In this document: piece after piece, positions 1-11,800 of the stretch
Layout of the letters: each line of letters opens with the position of its first letter
Numbering within the stretch: the first letter of the stretch is position 1
NCBI GenBank assembly: GCA_051294905.1
Contig: CM119371.1
Span: 34,968,001 to 35,032,000, forward strand
DNA from: Botryllus schlosseri
Taxonomy: Eukaryota
Direction: 5' to 3'
Length of the DNA stretch: 64,000 bases
The notes under the pieces: generated by a model
What the model saw: the letters and a program-made list of their open reading frames with translations, nothing else
What the model was told of the DNA's origin: nothing
Database searches by the model: none
Program-made: the position numbers and the translations under genes

Positions 1-917
1 ATATCATATCTTCCTTGTGACCGTCGGATACATTATTGAACCGCCTACAAGTGCGTATTATTGGCGCTACACCAATATATTTAACTAAAAATTAACACAA
101 AAATGCTATCTTGCCCACCACAAGTACCATAAAATATATTTCAACGCGAGTTTTTTTGCTCTTCTAAGATTTTTTTATGAAAAGTCACGTTGACATGCAG
201 ACCTGCAGTATTTATCACGGCCATATGAAGGACCAAATATTGCTTGCAATATAAAGCGCACATGTTTTTACTTTCTTATGAAAATCAATATTTGGTCCTT
301 GGCGTCACCAATTATTTTGCCACAAGAATATTTAAAAATTGGTGTTGTTTCGAATGATCGTCAACTGTGTTCTCTTCGAAACATGATATATTATAGAAGC
401 TTGAAAGCTGTGCGTTTATAATTGGTTTAGGGTTGCAGTTTAGTTTTGCGTTTCGTAGGATCGTTGATTACCGTTACCACACAGTACAACTGTACCAAAT
501 TACAAGGTTTCGAGTCGCAAGTCAATCTAGCGTTTTTAGTTTTGGTTCGAGTCGAGTCCGAGTCTGTAAGTCAGGCTGAGAAGGTTCGAGTCCAAATCAT
601 AGTGTTGAGACTCTGAAGTGTTCACAGTTGAATCTTGATTTCAACTTGATTGGACTCAATCATTTACGAAACCAATTTGAGTGCGGAAAGTTACCAATTT
701 TACATCGTTTTTTTTAATAGTATATGAACAGCTTCTTTGAGGTACAGAACTTCAATATACAATTGAATAGTATATTCATATTGAAATGGACCCGAATATT
801 TTTGGCTGACACTCGTCAGGGGTAATCGTCAGCAACTATGTAGAAAATTGGAAAGAACATTGTATATCAACAATCGTATCACAAAATATGACGTCACCAG
901 CATGAAAGAGAGAGCGT

Positions 918-1298
918 TCAATGTACTATTTTTAGGTGGTACACGAACTCCTTTTGTTGACAGAGTTTTGGTTGGTGCATTTTGATAAAAGTCGGCTCCA
1001 AGGCACACAAATGGAATTGTGAACGGCCCCGCCCAACGATTCCAAATCGGTTGTCTCGATAATAATTCGCGCTAATCGGATTATCTAACAGATGTTTGCC
1101 GAGGGCAGAATTAATGGCCTTTGATCGATCAGCATCAATCTTGAGCGGATGAGTTAAGGGTGAGCTTTTCACTGAGCGTGAGGCACGTGTTCTGATAAAT
1201 CTGGGGACATGCTGGTTTATGCGTTCCTGCAGACGTTTTGACGCTCTTCCCACGTAGCCACAACCACAGTGGCGCTTATATTCGTACTCTACACTCGA
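918..1298 (-). mobile_element. 5'-truncated Penelope-like retroelement fragment (GIY-YIG endonuclease C-terminus)
   Basis: The minus strand reads SSVEYEYKRHCGCGYVGRASKRLQERINQH...SALGKHLLDNP...FHLCALE..FIK..QPKLCQQKEF, the typical Penelope GIY-YIG domain. Confidence 0.8.
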
Positions 1299-1302
1299 AC
1301 GA

Positions 1303-1360
1303 TTCTAGACTTTGCTAGCGGACTTACCGATGACCCAATGAGATTACGAAATCTGAGGGT
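1303..1360 (+). pseudogene. 3' remnant of a SNORD97-like box C/D RNA
   Basis: TTTGCTAGCGG..CCGATGACCCAATGAGATTACGAAATCTGAGGGT aligns with the 3' ends of the copies at 6135 and 7036. The guide has two substitutions, no box C is found upstream, and it abuts the Penelope fragment. Confidence 0.6.
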
Positions 1361-1909
1361 GGTGGCGTGTATTTGGATGTTGCCTTGTGTGTTATTTTGG
1401 GCAGATGTGGTCAAAGTAGCCATTGCTAGCACTAAAGTCAAAGTGACATCAATTACTGGTGGAGTACTATTGAAAGTAATGATTTCGTAGCAAGCAAAAA
1501 ATGTGATAATTCAAATCCTAGTTTTCTTTGAAATCCAAACAGTTTAGTGGCAAGATTATAAAATCATAACCACTTCCATAGGAAATGCAAATATACAAAC
1601 GTTGTGCTCCGACAATGCAGAATACATTGTTACAGACCGTGTCTGGTTTTAGATAGATTTTGATGGTGCTTATCTTGGACAAAACATGGAGATACACAGC
1701 TGGTTAGTCACATAGATACCGTTGTTTGTATTACTGTCCCTGTGAATCGAATCATATTTTCGTATTGAAGTGATATCAAATGAATATAATGATTATATTC
1801 GGCTGACACTCATCAGGGGTTGGCAAGTATAGTAGAGAATCGGGAAGAATACTCTACTAGTTGCTGACTATTACCATTGACGAGTGTCAACACAAAATAT
1901 TGGGGTGTA

Positions 1910-2713
1910 CCGTAATTTTCCATGTATAATGCGCAAAATTTTCCCGATTTTTTGGCCTAAAATCGGGAGTACGTATTATGCATAGGCACAAAAAGCCTTG
2001 AAAAAAATCTCCCTCGAAACATAACTCTAAATCACCCTTTCTTCATGTTTGTTTTAACCGCGCAACACATTCAGCCATCATGCCCGGTAATTAGTATTAT
2101 CAATGTTGCGCGCTGCCAATTAGCGAGAAGCGTGTTGCCGATTAGCGTCTGCACTGCTCCGCTGTGCAACAGCAAGCGACCTCCTGGTGAGTTGGTTGCC
2201 GTTTGTACGCAAGCGAAATTAGGTCACTGGATTGCTGCACCCGCACGCGGCAATTCTCGCTGATTTATCGCGTCAACAACAGGCCTGAACAATCGCATTA
2301 ACAGCACGCCATGTGCGCAAGACGTAATCGCTGGCCTACACACTAGTCGCATCTCCAACAGGCCTAGTGCGCACGACATAACCGTTTGCCTGAACAATCG
2401 CATCTATAATAGGCCTTGTGCGCAAGATATCGTCCTGGCCTGAACTATCGCGTCGCGGGCCTCGCAGGCTTTGGCTGCTATCATCGTTAGAGACAATGCC
2501 GTTACGTGTATAATGATTAGCGATGGTTATGTCATGATTGTTCAACAGTGACATCGCAAAACAGAATGACATCGAATACTAAAACATAACTATTCATGTA
2601 CTGCGAATGCAGGGTGCGTACTATACATGGGTACAGGCTTTTCCTCAGAATTTACACGCCATTTTAAGGGTGCGTATTATACATGGGGGCGCACTATATT
2701 CGGAAAATTACAG
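1910..2713. mobile_element. pogo/Tc2-type MITE (CCGTA termini, TA TSD)
   Basis: TA|CCGTAATTTTCC ... GGAAAATTACAG|TA, internal ~60-bp subrepeats; second copy at 10292-11146. Confidence 0.8.
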
Positions 2714-2845
2714 TATTTCATTAGGAATATATTATTCAATTGTATAGGCTAATGAAGTTCTGTACTTCCATGAATGTAAGTAATTGATAATGTCAGATTT
2801 TTTTTTCGAAACTCAAATTATTCTTGAGCATTTGATTATTTGCAG

Positions 2846-5800
2846 CCGATGTGGGTTTGGGACGGAGAGAACGGCATGGTTAACCGAGAAATCACCTTCG
2901 TTCCGGGGCTGTACAAGATCTTCGACGAAGTTTTGGTGAACGCTGCCGATAACAAGCAGAGGGACCCGAATATGTCGAAGATAAGAATTGATATCGACGG
3001 GTAAGTCAGAATTAGGGGGTTGCGAATGTTGAATTTGAGGTAAGGTTGTACAGTAGGGCTCTTCAAAAATGACTTTTTTCTCAAATCGTACTGGCTAGGC
3101 CTACTTGATAAAATTGTTAGGTTACCTAATTTAAGCCTACACACAAAATTTGGTTCAATTCCAGCCATTAACCGCTTTGCTACAGGAGAAGAAAGTTTCC
3201 ATTTATAGTATAAACATAAATAATGAAAAATTTGTAAATTTTCTGTTCACCCCATGAAAGTGTTAGGCTGTCTAGGCTATAGAAACGATGTAAAATTATA
3301 GCAAAGAAACAGTTCCCGAATTGAATTGCACAATTAGATTACAAGCATTTCTCACTAATTAGCCCCAAAAAACTAGAATTTTTAATTGTCAAATCTGACC
3401 TGTACAATAGGGCTCTTCAAAAATGACTTTTTTCTCAAATCGTACTGGCTACTTGATAAAACTGTTAGGTTACCTAATTTAAGCCTGCGCACAAAATTTA
3501 GTTCAATTCCAACCAGTGAAAGCGGAGTTATTGCCGTCGAAAATTTTGGATTTGAATAAAATAGTAGCCTATTTACAGTGAGCACCACAACTATAACAAA
3601 TAAACGAAGAATCGGTCACCGTAGATACTATTTTAGTCAAATCCAAATTTTTCGACGGCAATAACTCCGCTTCCACTGGCTGGAATTGAACCAAATTTTG
3701 TGTGTAGGCTTAAATCAGGTAACCTAATAATTTTATCAAGTAGCCAGTACGATTTGAGAAAAAAGTCATTTTTGAAGAGCCCTATTGTACAGGTCAGATT
3801 TGACAATTAATAATTCTAGTCTTTTTGGGCTAATTAGTGAGAAATGCTTGTAATGTAATTGTGCAATTCAATTCGGGAACTGTTGCTTTGATATAATTTT
3901 AATTCTAATCTAATCTCTGCTGAAAACCCTGCAGGGAAACCGTATGGTGCGGAACGAGCCAAGCTTGGTTTACGGATATCTGCCGTTCTCATGCTTATAA
4001 GATCAAGGTTTGATATGATGATATGAACTCCAATACTGAATTCGAAAAAACTTGGAATTAAATTCCGGGTGAGGAAGAAATATTGCTATTCTGGTTACAA
4101 TCGAATTTGTGAAATATTTCCATGCTCTCATTATAATTCCAATTTAATATCTGGGTATCCTCTTGATGCTACAAGTGAACTGTACAGTGTGAAACCATAG
4201 TGTCCTATATGGTGTCGACACAAGCAAATCTCACGGCTCAGTGAAATTGTATCACGTCACAATTTCCATTTGGCTACAGGCAATTTGACGGTCATTTTTG
4301 ACCGGCTTGCCGAGCATTAAATTTGGTAAAACGGGTATCAATCGAAAGCTGACTCTGCACTGATGATGAAAATATAAATTTTATTCCGCTCGCGGCCCTG
4401 GAACCCCCACAATCAGCCTCGAATTTTTCATTGTTATGGAGATTGGCATTGGGACGCAACAATGCTGTCTGGCTCTTTTTCTCTTGAGCTATTCTCTCGT
4501 TTCGCCAGACAGCATTGTTGCGTCCCAATGCCAATCTCCATAACAATGAAAAATTTGAGGCTGATTGTGGGAGTTCCAGGGCCACTAGCGGAATAAAATT
4601 TATATTTTCGTGATCAGTGCAGAGTCAGCTTTCGATTGATACCAGTTTTACCAAATTTATTGCTCGGCAAGCCGGTCAAAAATGACCGTCAAATTGCCTA
4701 TAGCCGAATCCAAATTGTGACGTGATACAATTTCACTGAGCCGTGAGATTTGCTTGTGTCGACACCATATAGGACACTATGGTGAAACGATCCCAGCTTG
4801 CTGTTTAGAGATTTGCTATTATCGCGCTCAAAAAAGCTTTTTCTCGCAAATTCGGAATTTGATGAGATTTCAAAGTTTTTGCGAATTTAATGCTTCTAAT
4901 TTTAATCTAATTTGGAAATAACTGCCGCTGTAGTTCTAGTGTAATAATATGTAGTTGTCTTGCAGAGAACGCAACCTGATCTCGGTATGGAACGACGGCA
5001 AAGGCATACCCGTGGTAAAGCACAAGGGAGAAAAACTCTACGTTCCCGAACTCATTTTCGGACACCTGCTCACCCCCAGTAACCATGACGACGATCAAAA
5101 AAAAGTCACAGGTAATTTTCGAGAGCGGACTGATTGTCTCGCGACGTTTCGGGCTGAAACGGGTGTTTTTTGTTGTGTTCAGGCGGCCGTAACGGATACG
5201 GGGCGAAACTGTGCAATGTTTTCAGCACCAAGTTCACTGTGGAGACGTCTTCGAAGGAATATAAGAAAAAGTTTAAGATGGTGCGTGATTTGGTGAACTG
5301 TAACAGAAGTAGTCGAATTAGTCGGCTATCGGAAGTGTTCTAGTCCTAGTTTTGCTCAAGAAACTGAAAAATCGGCAAAATGCTATGAAAATTGGTACTT
5401 GCATACTGACCACTGGGGCTGTTTGTAAAATCACTTTTTTTACAATTTTTGCACCTATTTGATAAAATTAGTAGGTTGGCTAAAAATAAACGCTGCACCC
5501 CAAATTTGGCTCAATTCCAATTTGTAGATGTGAAGCTACGGGAGTTTGAAAATTCTGAATTTATTATAAAAAAAAACATAATTTCTATTTCAAAGTTTAC
5601 TGTCCACTCTGTGAAAGTGTTGAGTTGTCTACGAAAACGATGTAAAACAAATCTGACGCAATTCCAACCCGTAGAAACGAAGTTATTTAAGCTTTTCATT
5701 CTGGGATTACCTACCGTCAATGTTATTTTTGCTAAATCCTAAATTTTCAACTCCAATAACTACACTTCCGTCGGTTGGAAGTTAGCAAAATTTGTCAAGC

Positions 5801-8800
5801 ATTGTACTTGTAGACAATTTATCAATTTCATAGGGTTGGCAATAGAATTTGTAAGATATATTTTAAGTGTTCTTATAACAATTTCAAATTGTTCAAACTC
5901 CTGCAGCTTCACATCAACCGCTTGGAATTGAGCCAAATTTGGTGTGATACGTTTTTTTAGCCAACCCAATAATTTGATAAAGTAGCTGCAAAAATTTTTA
6001 AAAAAGTGATTGAACAACCCTACTGACCATATGTGAATATAATAATCTTACGTGGATATAGCAATCTTATGACAATGACAGCTAGTCTATATTCAGTCTC
6101 GAACTACTTGGACAAGTGCCTTTGTGAAAATCTAAGCTCTGTGATGACAGCAATGCCTTGAGGAAGCTTGCCGCGATCAAAGCCTGTTCTATAGAGACAG
6201 ATTTCTAAACTACGCGAGAGGTAATTGGTTCTAAATTTTGTGGTCACTCTAGGCCGGGCTTTGGTTGCGTGCGGCTCCGATGACCAATTGAGATTATGAG
6301 ATCTGAGGGCTGGTTATAATTTTGATTATCGTGGATCGGTTGTTATTGTTGAAAAGGATTGACTGGCTCGGTTTTCAACAGGTTGTGTTTTTCAGACGTG
6401 GACTGGTAATATGGCGCAGGCCGGGCCTATGAAGCTGTCGGCCAACGATGAAAAGGATTACACGTGTATCACTTTCACGGTGAGCATATGGCAGTATTGC
6501 TTTTTGCTTATCGTAGCTATGATCTCCATAATTACAGATTTCCAGACCCCTTCAAAAGAGCGAGTCATTTAACATAACCCAAACTAACCCTAACCTTGCA
6601 TTAGTACAGGCCTAGACTATATTTTTCTTCATTTTTAGACAATGCTCTCAGCTCTGTTCGAATAAACCTCACTTGATGGGTATTATAGACACTGGAGTGA
6701 AAAGACGTGCAAAAAAATGCCTTCTCCAAAGTTACCCTGAATGCTGGAGTAATTTTGGACACAAATAATTAAAAAATATACGCTACCGATGGACGAACAT
6801 GAAGATTGTGAACCAGCTAAATAGCTAATTCTAATCTAACCCCAGAAAAACACAAAACTTCTTCCTCCTGTGCCAAAATAGTTGTCAAAGCTGAAAATTT
6901 TGTAAACGTGGGTTAAAGGTGGTGTTAGCGGGATGGTAGCTGTTAAGTTGGGGGTGTGCTTGTCGAATTGTATGCTCCACTGTAAGTTAACCGTCCCAAT
7001 TATGTGTTCTATAATGCAATGCCCGCTCTGCTGCTTGCCCAATGATGACAACCGTGCCTAGAGGAAGCCGGCTGCTTTTGAAGTCCGGCCCAGCGGACGC
7101 TTGGCACGCCACTTTGATCGTTAACTCGATCTGTGTTGTCCAGTGACCGCGGGGCTCTACTTTGCTCGCGGCCCTTCCAATGACTTTATGAGATTATGAG
7201 ATCTGAGGGCAGCGGTGATTGGTGATGTAATGTTTTGATTTCGATGGAAGATAATGGCGCTAGTCTCCGTGGTAATGTGTGAATAACAGGACTGGGTCTT
7301 GTGGGGTCGTGCTTGAAATCTGTCAGATAGTGCCGATAGCTCATTTATCAGTTCGAAATAGTAATTTTTCTATAATAAAGCGAGTATGGTATCCTCAAGT
7401 AATTAAGGGGATCACTAACATTGGAAATATTGTACTTAAGCTCAAAATGATTCTACTTGATGGAAGGGATCATTATATAGCTAATTTCACAGACACTGCA
7501 ATAACTCCTAGATTTAGCCTGGTATTAAATACTCATTTATCAGCTAAATGTAGTATTCAATATACAGTAACGCAAATATGGCACTTTCGTGTTATTTAGG
7601 TGTCTAAGAACTCGTCCAAATGTTTGTAATAATGCGCATAGCGACTCTAGCTGATTGGAAGAGACCTATAACCCACTTTATCTTGCTAATTTTGTGAACA
7701 ATTACTGTGATGCACATTGGATAAGCGCATTGGTTTTAATGCAAAGTTTGTGGAATTGGAATTTCAGCTGTCGATTTTCTAATTATTTATTAATATAGCT
7801 TCGAGTAATCGAAATCTAATGCAGAAAATGTCAAAATTCTCTATTCTTGAATAGAAAAAGTCAAATTTATGTAGGTACCAGTAATTGGTGTCTGTTTCAA
7901 TGTGTTAATATTTTTTCAGCCCGATTTGAAGAAATTCGGCATGGACAAATTAGACGCGGACACGGTGGCGTTACTGTCTAGACGCGCCTACGACATTGCC
8001 GGGTCAACAAAAGGCGTCATTGTCTATCTCAATGGCACTCGGTTACCGGTAAGCTGTCGAATGCTTTACTTCTTGCTCCGAGACTTGTAAAACCTTACGA
8101 AGCTATTTCTGCACCTTCCTTGTGCGGCGGCATATGCACATGATGCACTCACGGTGTGCATGTGCACATGAACCGCAAAAACATCGCGGACAAAAATATG
8201 AAATGTCCCATTTCGGTGATTGAATCAGTCTGACGTTGATTGTTTTAGGTGAACAATTTCAAAGATTACGTCGAGCTATACACGAAAAAATGTACGGATG
8301 AAAACGGGGTTCCCTACGAGACGGTGTATGAAAAAGTGAATCCGCGTTGGGAAGTGAGTAATTGCTGTACTACGGTAGTAGCTTGATGTATATATGCAGA
8401 AGGGGTCAATAACTAAGTTCTTTACTGTCTCAAAGTCCTTGTGTGGATTTTGCCTGCTATCCAGCACATCAGCAGACCACGTCCTTGCGTTTCCGTGCGG
8501 CGTCGTGGGGGAAGAATATTCAATGTGCGATATTACTTACTTTAAACCATTCGCAGAATGTCTCTGACACAGTCGGGATAATTCTATTGCCCGGGTTTCG
8601 TACATGAATTGTATATGAAGCAATAGATTATGTAGATATAATTGTGATTCAAATCTAATTTGGATAAGAAACTAGCTTTAGTTTTGATTTCAATCTAATC
8701 TGGAAAATTGTGTATCTATAACGCTAATTGTAAACTAATTTTGAAATAAACGGTATCTATAATTCTGATTTGTATCTAATCAAGAAAACTGTGTAGCTAT

Positions 8801-11800
8801 AGCTCTAATTGTGAACTAATTAATAAAAAAAACTGCATAACTATCATACTAACTGTAATCTATTCGAAAAGAAACTGTAGTTATAATTCTAATTCTAATC
8901 TAATTTGGAAAAACTGGGTGGTTATAATTCTAATTTTAATTTAATTTGGAAAAGAACTGTAGCTGTGACTCTGATTGTAAACCCATTTGGAAAACAATTT
9001 CATAGCTATCATTCCAACTTTGATCTATTTGAAAGAAACTAAGTTGTAGTTGTAATTCTAATTCCAAACTAATTTGAAGAAAAAACTAGCCATAATTCTA
9101 ATCAAATTCGAACAAACTGTGTAGCTAAAATTCTAATTTTAATCTAATTTGGAAAAGGACTGTAGCTATAGCTCTGATTGTAAACTAATTTACGAAAAAA
9201 ATGCGTAACTGCCATTCCAACTTTGATGCCAACTGTGTAGTTATCATTCTAATTTCCAACTAATTTGAATAAAACTAGCCATTATTCTGATTCTAATCTA
9301 ATTCGAACAAAATGTGTAGCTATAATTCTAATATAATTAATAATAAATAATGCAAGACTCTTGACGGCCAAGACCAACATTTCATTGTAATTTTGAAGAA
9401 TAGTAAAGTTACATCGTGATTGGTACTTCGTCTATTAGTACTGGCTCTTGAAAATGTGACCAAAAACTGTTGAAAGTGAGGAAAATTGGTATATTTTGAA
9501 TGTGAAACATTCAACTCTACCAAGCAAGAGTTTTAAAACGTTGCTTTGGTAAGATATTTACTGAACTGACTTGGACTTACGGCTCTTGACTTCCGCATTG
9601 GAATTGATACTTGATTCAGGTTGGAGTACTGAATCATTGCGCTCAGCCCTTCATAATACGACAATAATAACAACATATCATCTGAAATCTCGACTTAGCT
9701 GCGACTCTGAAGCGGTTCCGTCAGTCGCCTACCCTTTTTTAGGTTTGCATCACCTTATCGAAAAAAGGTTTCCAGCATTTGTCGTTTGTGAACAGCATAG
9801 CCACTTCTAAAGGGGGCCGGCACGTAGACTACATCACCGACCAGGTTGTGAAGAAAATATTGGAGATTGTGAAGAAGAAAAACATAGGCGGAAAGGGCTT
9901 CGATGTTAAGCCGTTCCAGGTAATTGCTTGCGTGTTTCTTGTACAATGTAGCGGTGTTGGTTTTGGACTCTTGAAGAATATTTCCATCGTGGTTTCAAAT
10001 TTTATCTCTTCTCTTCATTGCCGCTTACTTTTCCAGATCAAGCATCATTGCTGGATTTTCGTTAACTGCCTCATCGAGAACCCCACGTTCGACTCGCAAA
10101 CCAAGGAGCGCATGACGTTGGCGGCGAAGAAGTTTGGATCCACTTGCGCCTTGAGCGACAAGTTCCTGAAATCGGTGAGTGTTTAGAGATGCTCAGTAGG
10201 GTTGTACAAAAATGACCTCTTTTTTGGATTCTAGCCATTCACTCATTAAATTGTCAGGTTACCTTAAAAAACGCTGCACACCAAATACATACCGTAATTT
10301 TCCATGTATAATCCGCAAAATTTTCACAATTTTTCGTCCTAAAATCGAGGGGGCTCGTATTATACATAGGAACAACACGCTTGAAAAAAATCTCCCTCGA
10401 TAAAAAACTTGAAATCACACCTTTCTTCATGTTTGTTTCCAATCGCGCATCACTATCATCCATCGCCCAGTAATTCGTATTATCAGTGTTATGCGCTGCC
10501 AATTAGCATAAAGCGTTTTGTCAATTAACGAGAGTGGTCTGCACAGCACGTAATCTCTTGCTGAGTTGGTTTGCCGTTTGCACGCGAGCGTCGTTAATAG
10601 AATGCTGAATGTGCGCGCGGGCGGCAATCCTCGCTGATTCATCGATAGGCCATGTGCGCAAAATATAATCGCTTGCGTAATCAGTCGCACCTCCCGACAG
10701 GCGTGGTGTGCACGACATGACCGGTGGCCTTAGCAATCGCATCTGACCTTGTGCTCAAGATGTCGCGTCGCTGGCCTCGCGGGCTTTGGCTGCTATCTAC
10801 TATCGTATAGAGGCCATACCGTTACTTGTATAATGATTAGCAATCGCATCTATACTAGGCCTCGTGCGCAAGACGTCGCGTCGCCAGGCTCGCAGGCTTT
10901 GGCTGCTCTTTACTATCGTTTAGAGACAATGCCGTTAATCACATAATGATTAGCGATGGTTATGTCATGATTGTTCGACAGTGACATCGCAAAACAGAAC
11001 AACATCTTGTACTAAAACACAGCTATTCATGTACTGCGAATGCAGGGTGCGTACTATACATGAGACAGGCTTTTTCCCAGAATTTACACGCTATTTTAAG
11101 GGTCCGTATTATACATACGGGGGCGTACTATACTTGTAAATTACGGTAATCTGTCGCTGAGCCAATTTAAATTTTCAAGCCTGATTGATATTAGAATTTT
11201 GACTCGGTACAGATATCGTTTACGTTTCAACCACAGTAATTTGACTAACACATCCTGTAGGCTATTAATTACATGTTCTTACAATCAATTTCTATCTGAG
11301 TAAGAAACTTGTGAACTCTGTTAGAACTGGCGAACTCTATGAATCAATTCATAAGATATCCTCGCTGATGCAGCCTGTATTTTCTGCCAGTATCAAAATG
11401 TGACGTAATACGACTAGGAGTCTACTTTTTGCAATTCCGTCGCCAAACCTCGGATTTTGACCCGATTCGCGTTTGCAGGCCTCATCGTGCGGTATAGTGG
11501 ACGGCGTCATGAACTGGGTGAAATTCAAGACGCAGTCGCAGATGTCCAAGAAGATGTCCGGGGCGAAATCTAACAAGATCAAAGGTCGCACCACGTCATT
11601 TTTATGCCATTGTTAATCACTTTAAATTATGTTTTTTTTAATGAAATTTTTTTCAGTTGTATTTGTTTGGGCATTTTGACACATGATGACTATTAAAAAT
11701 TTTTATAAACTTAGTAATTGTTTATAATTTATTTTGTCAGGCATTCCAAAACTGGACGACGCCAACGACGCCGGCACCAAGCTGTCCCAGGACTGCACCC

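Noticed and set aside
4010-4045. ATGATGA...CTGA mini C/D pattern
   Set aside because: Boxes are too close together, no terminal stem, no recognisable target.
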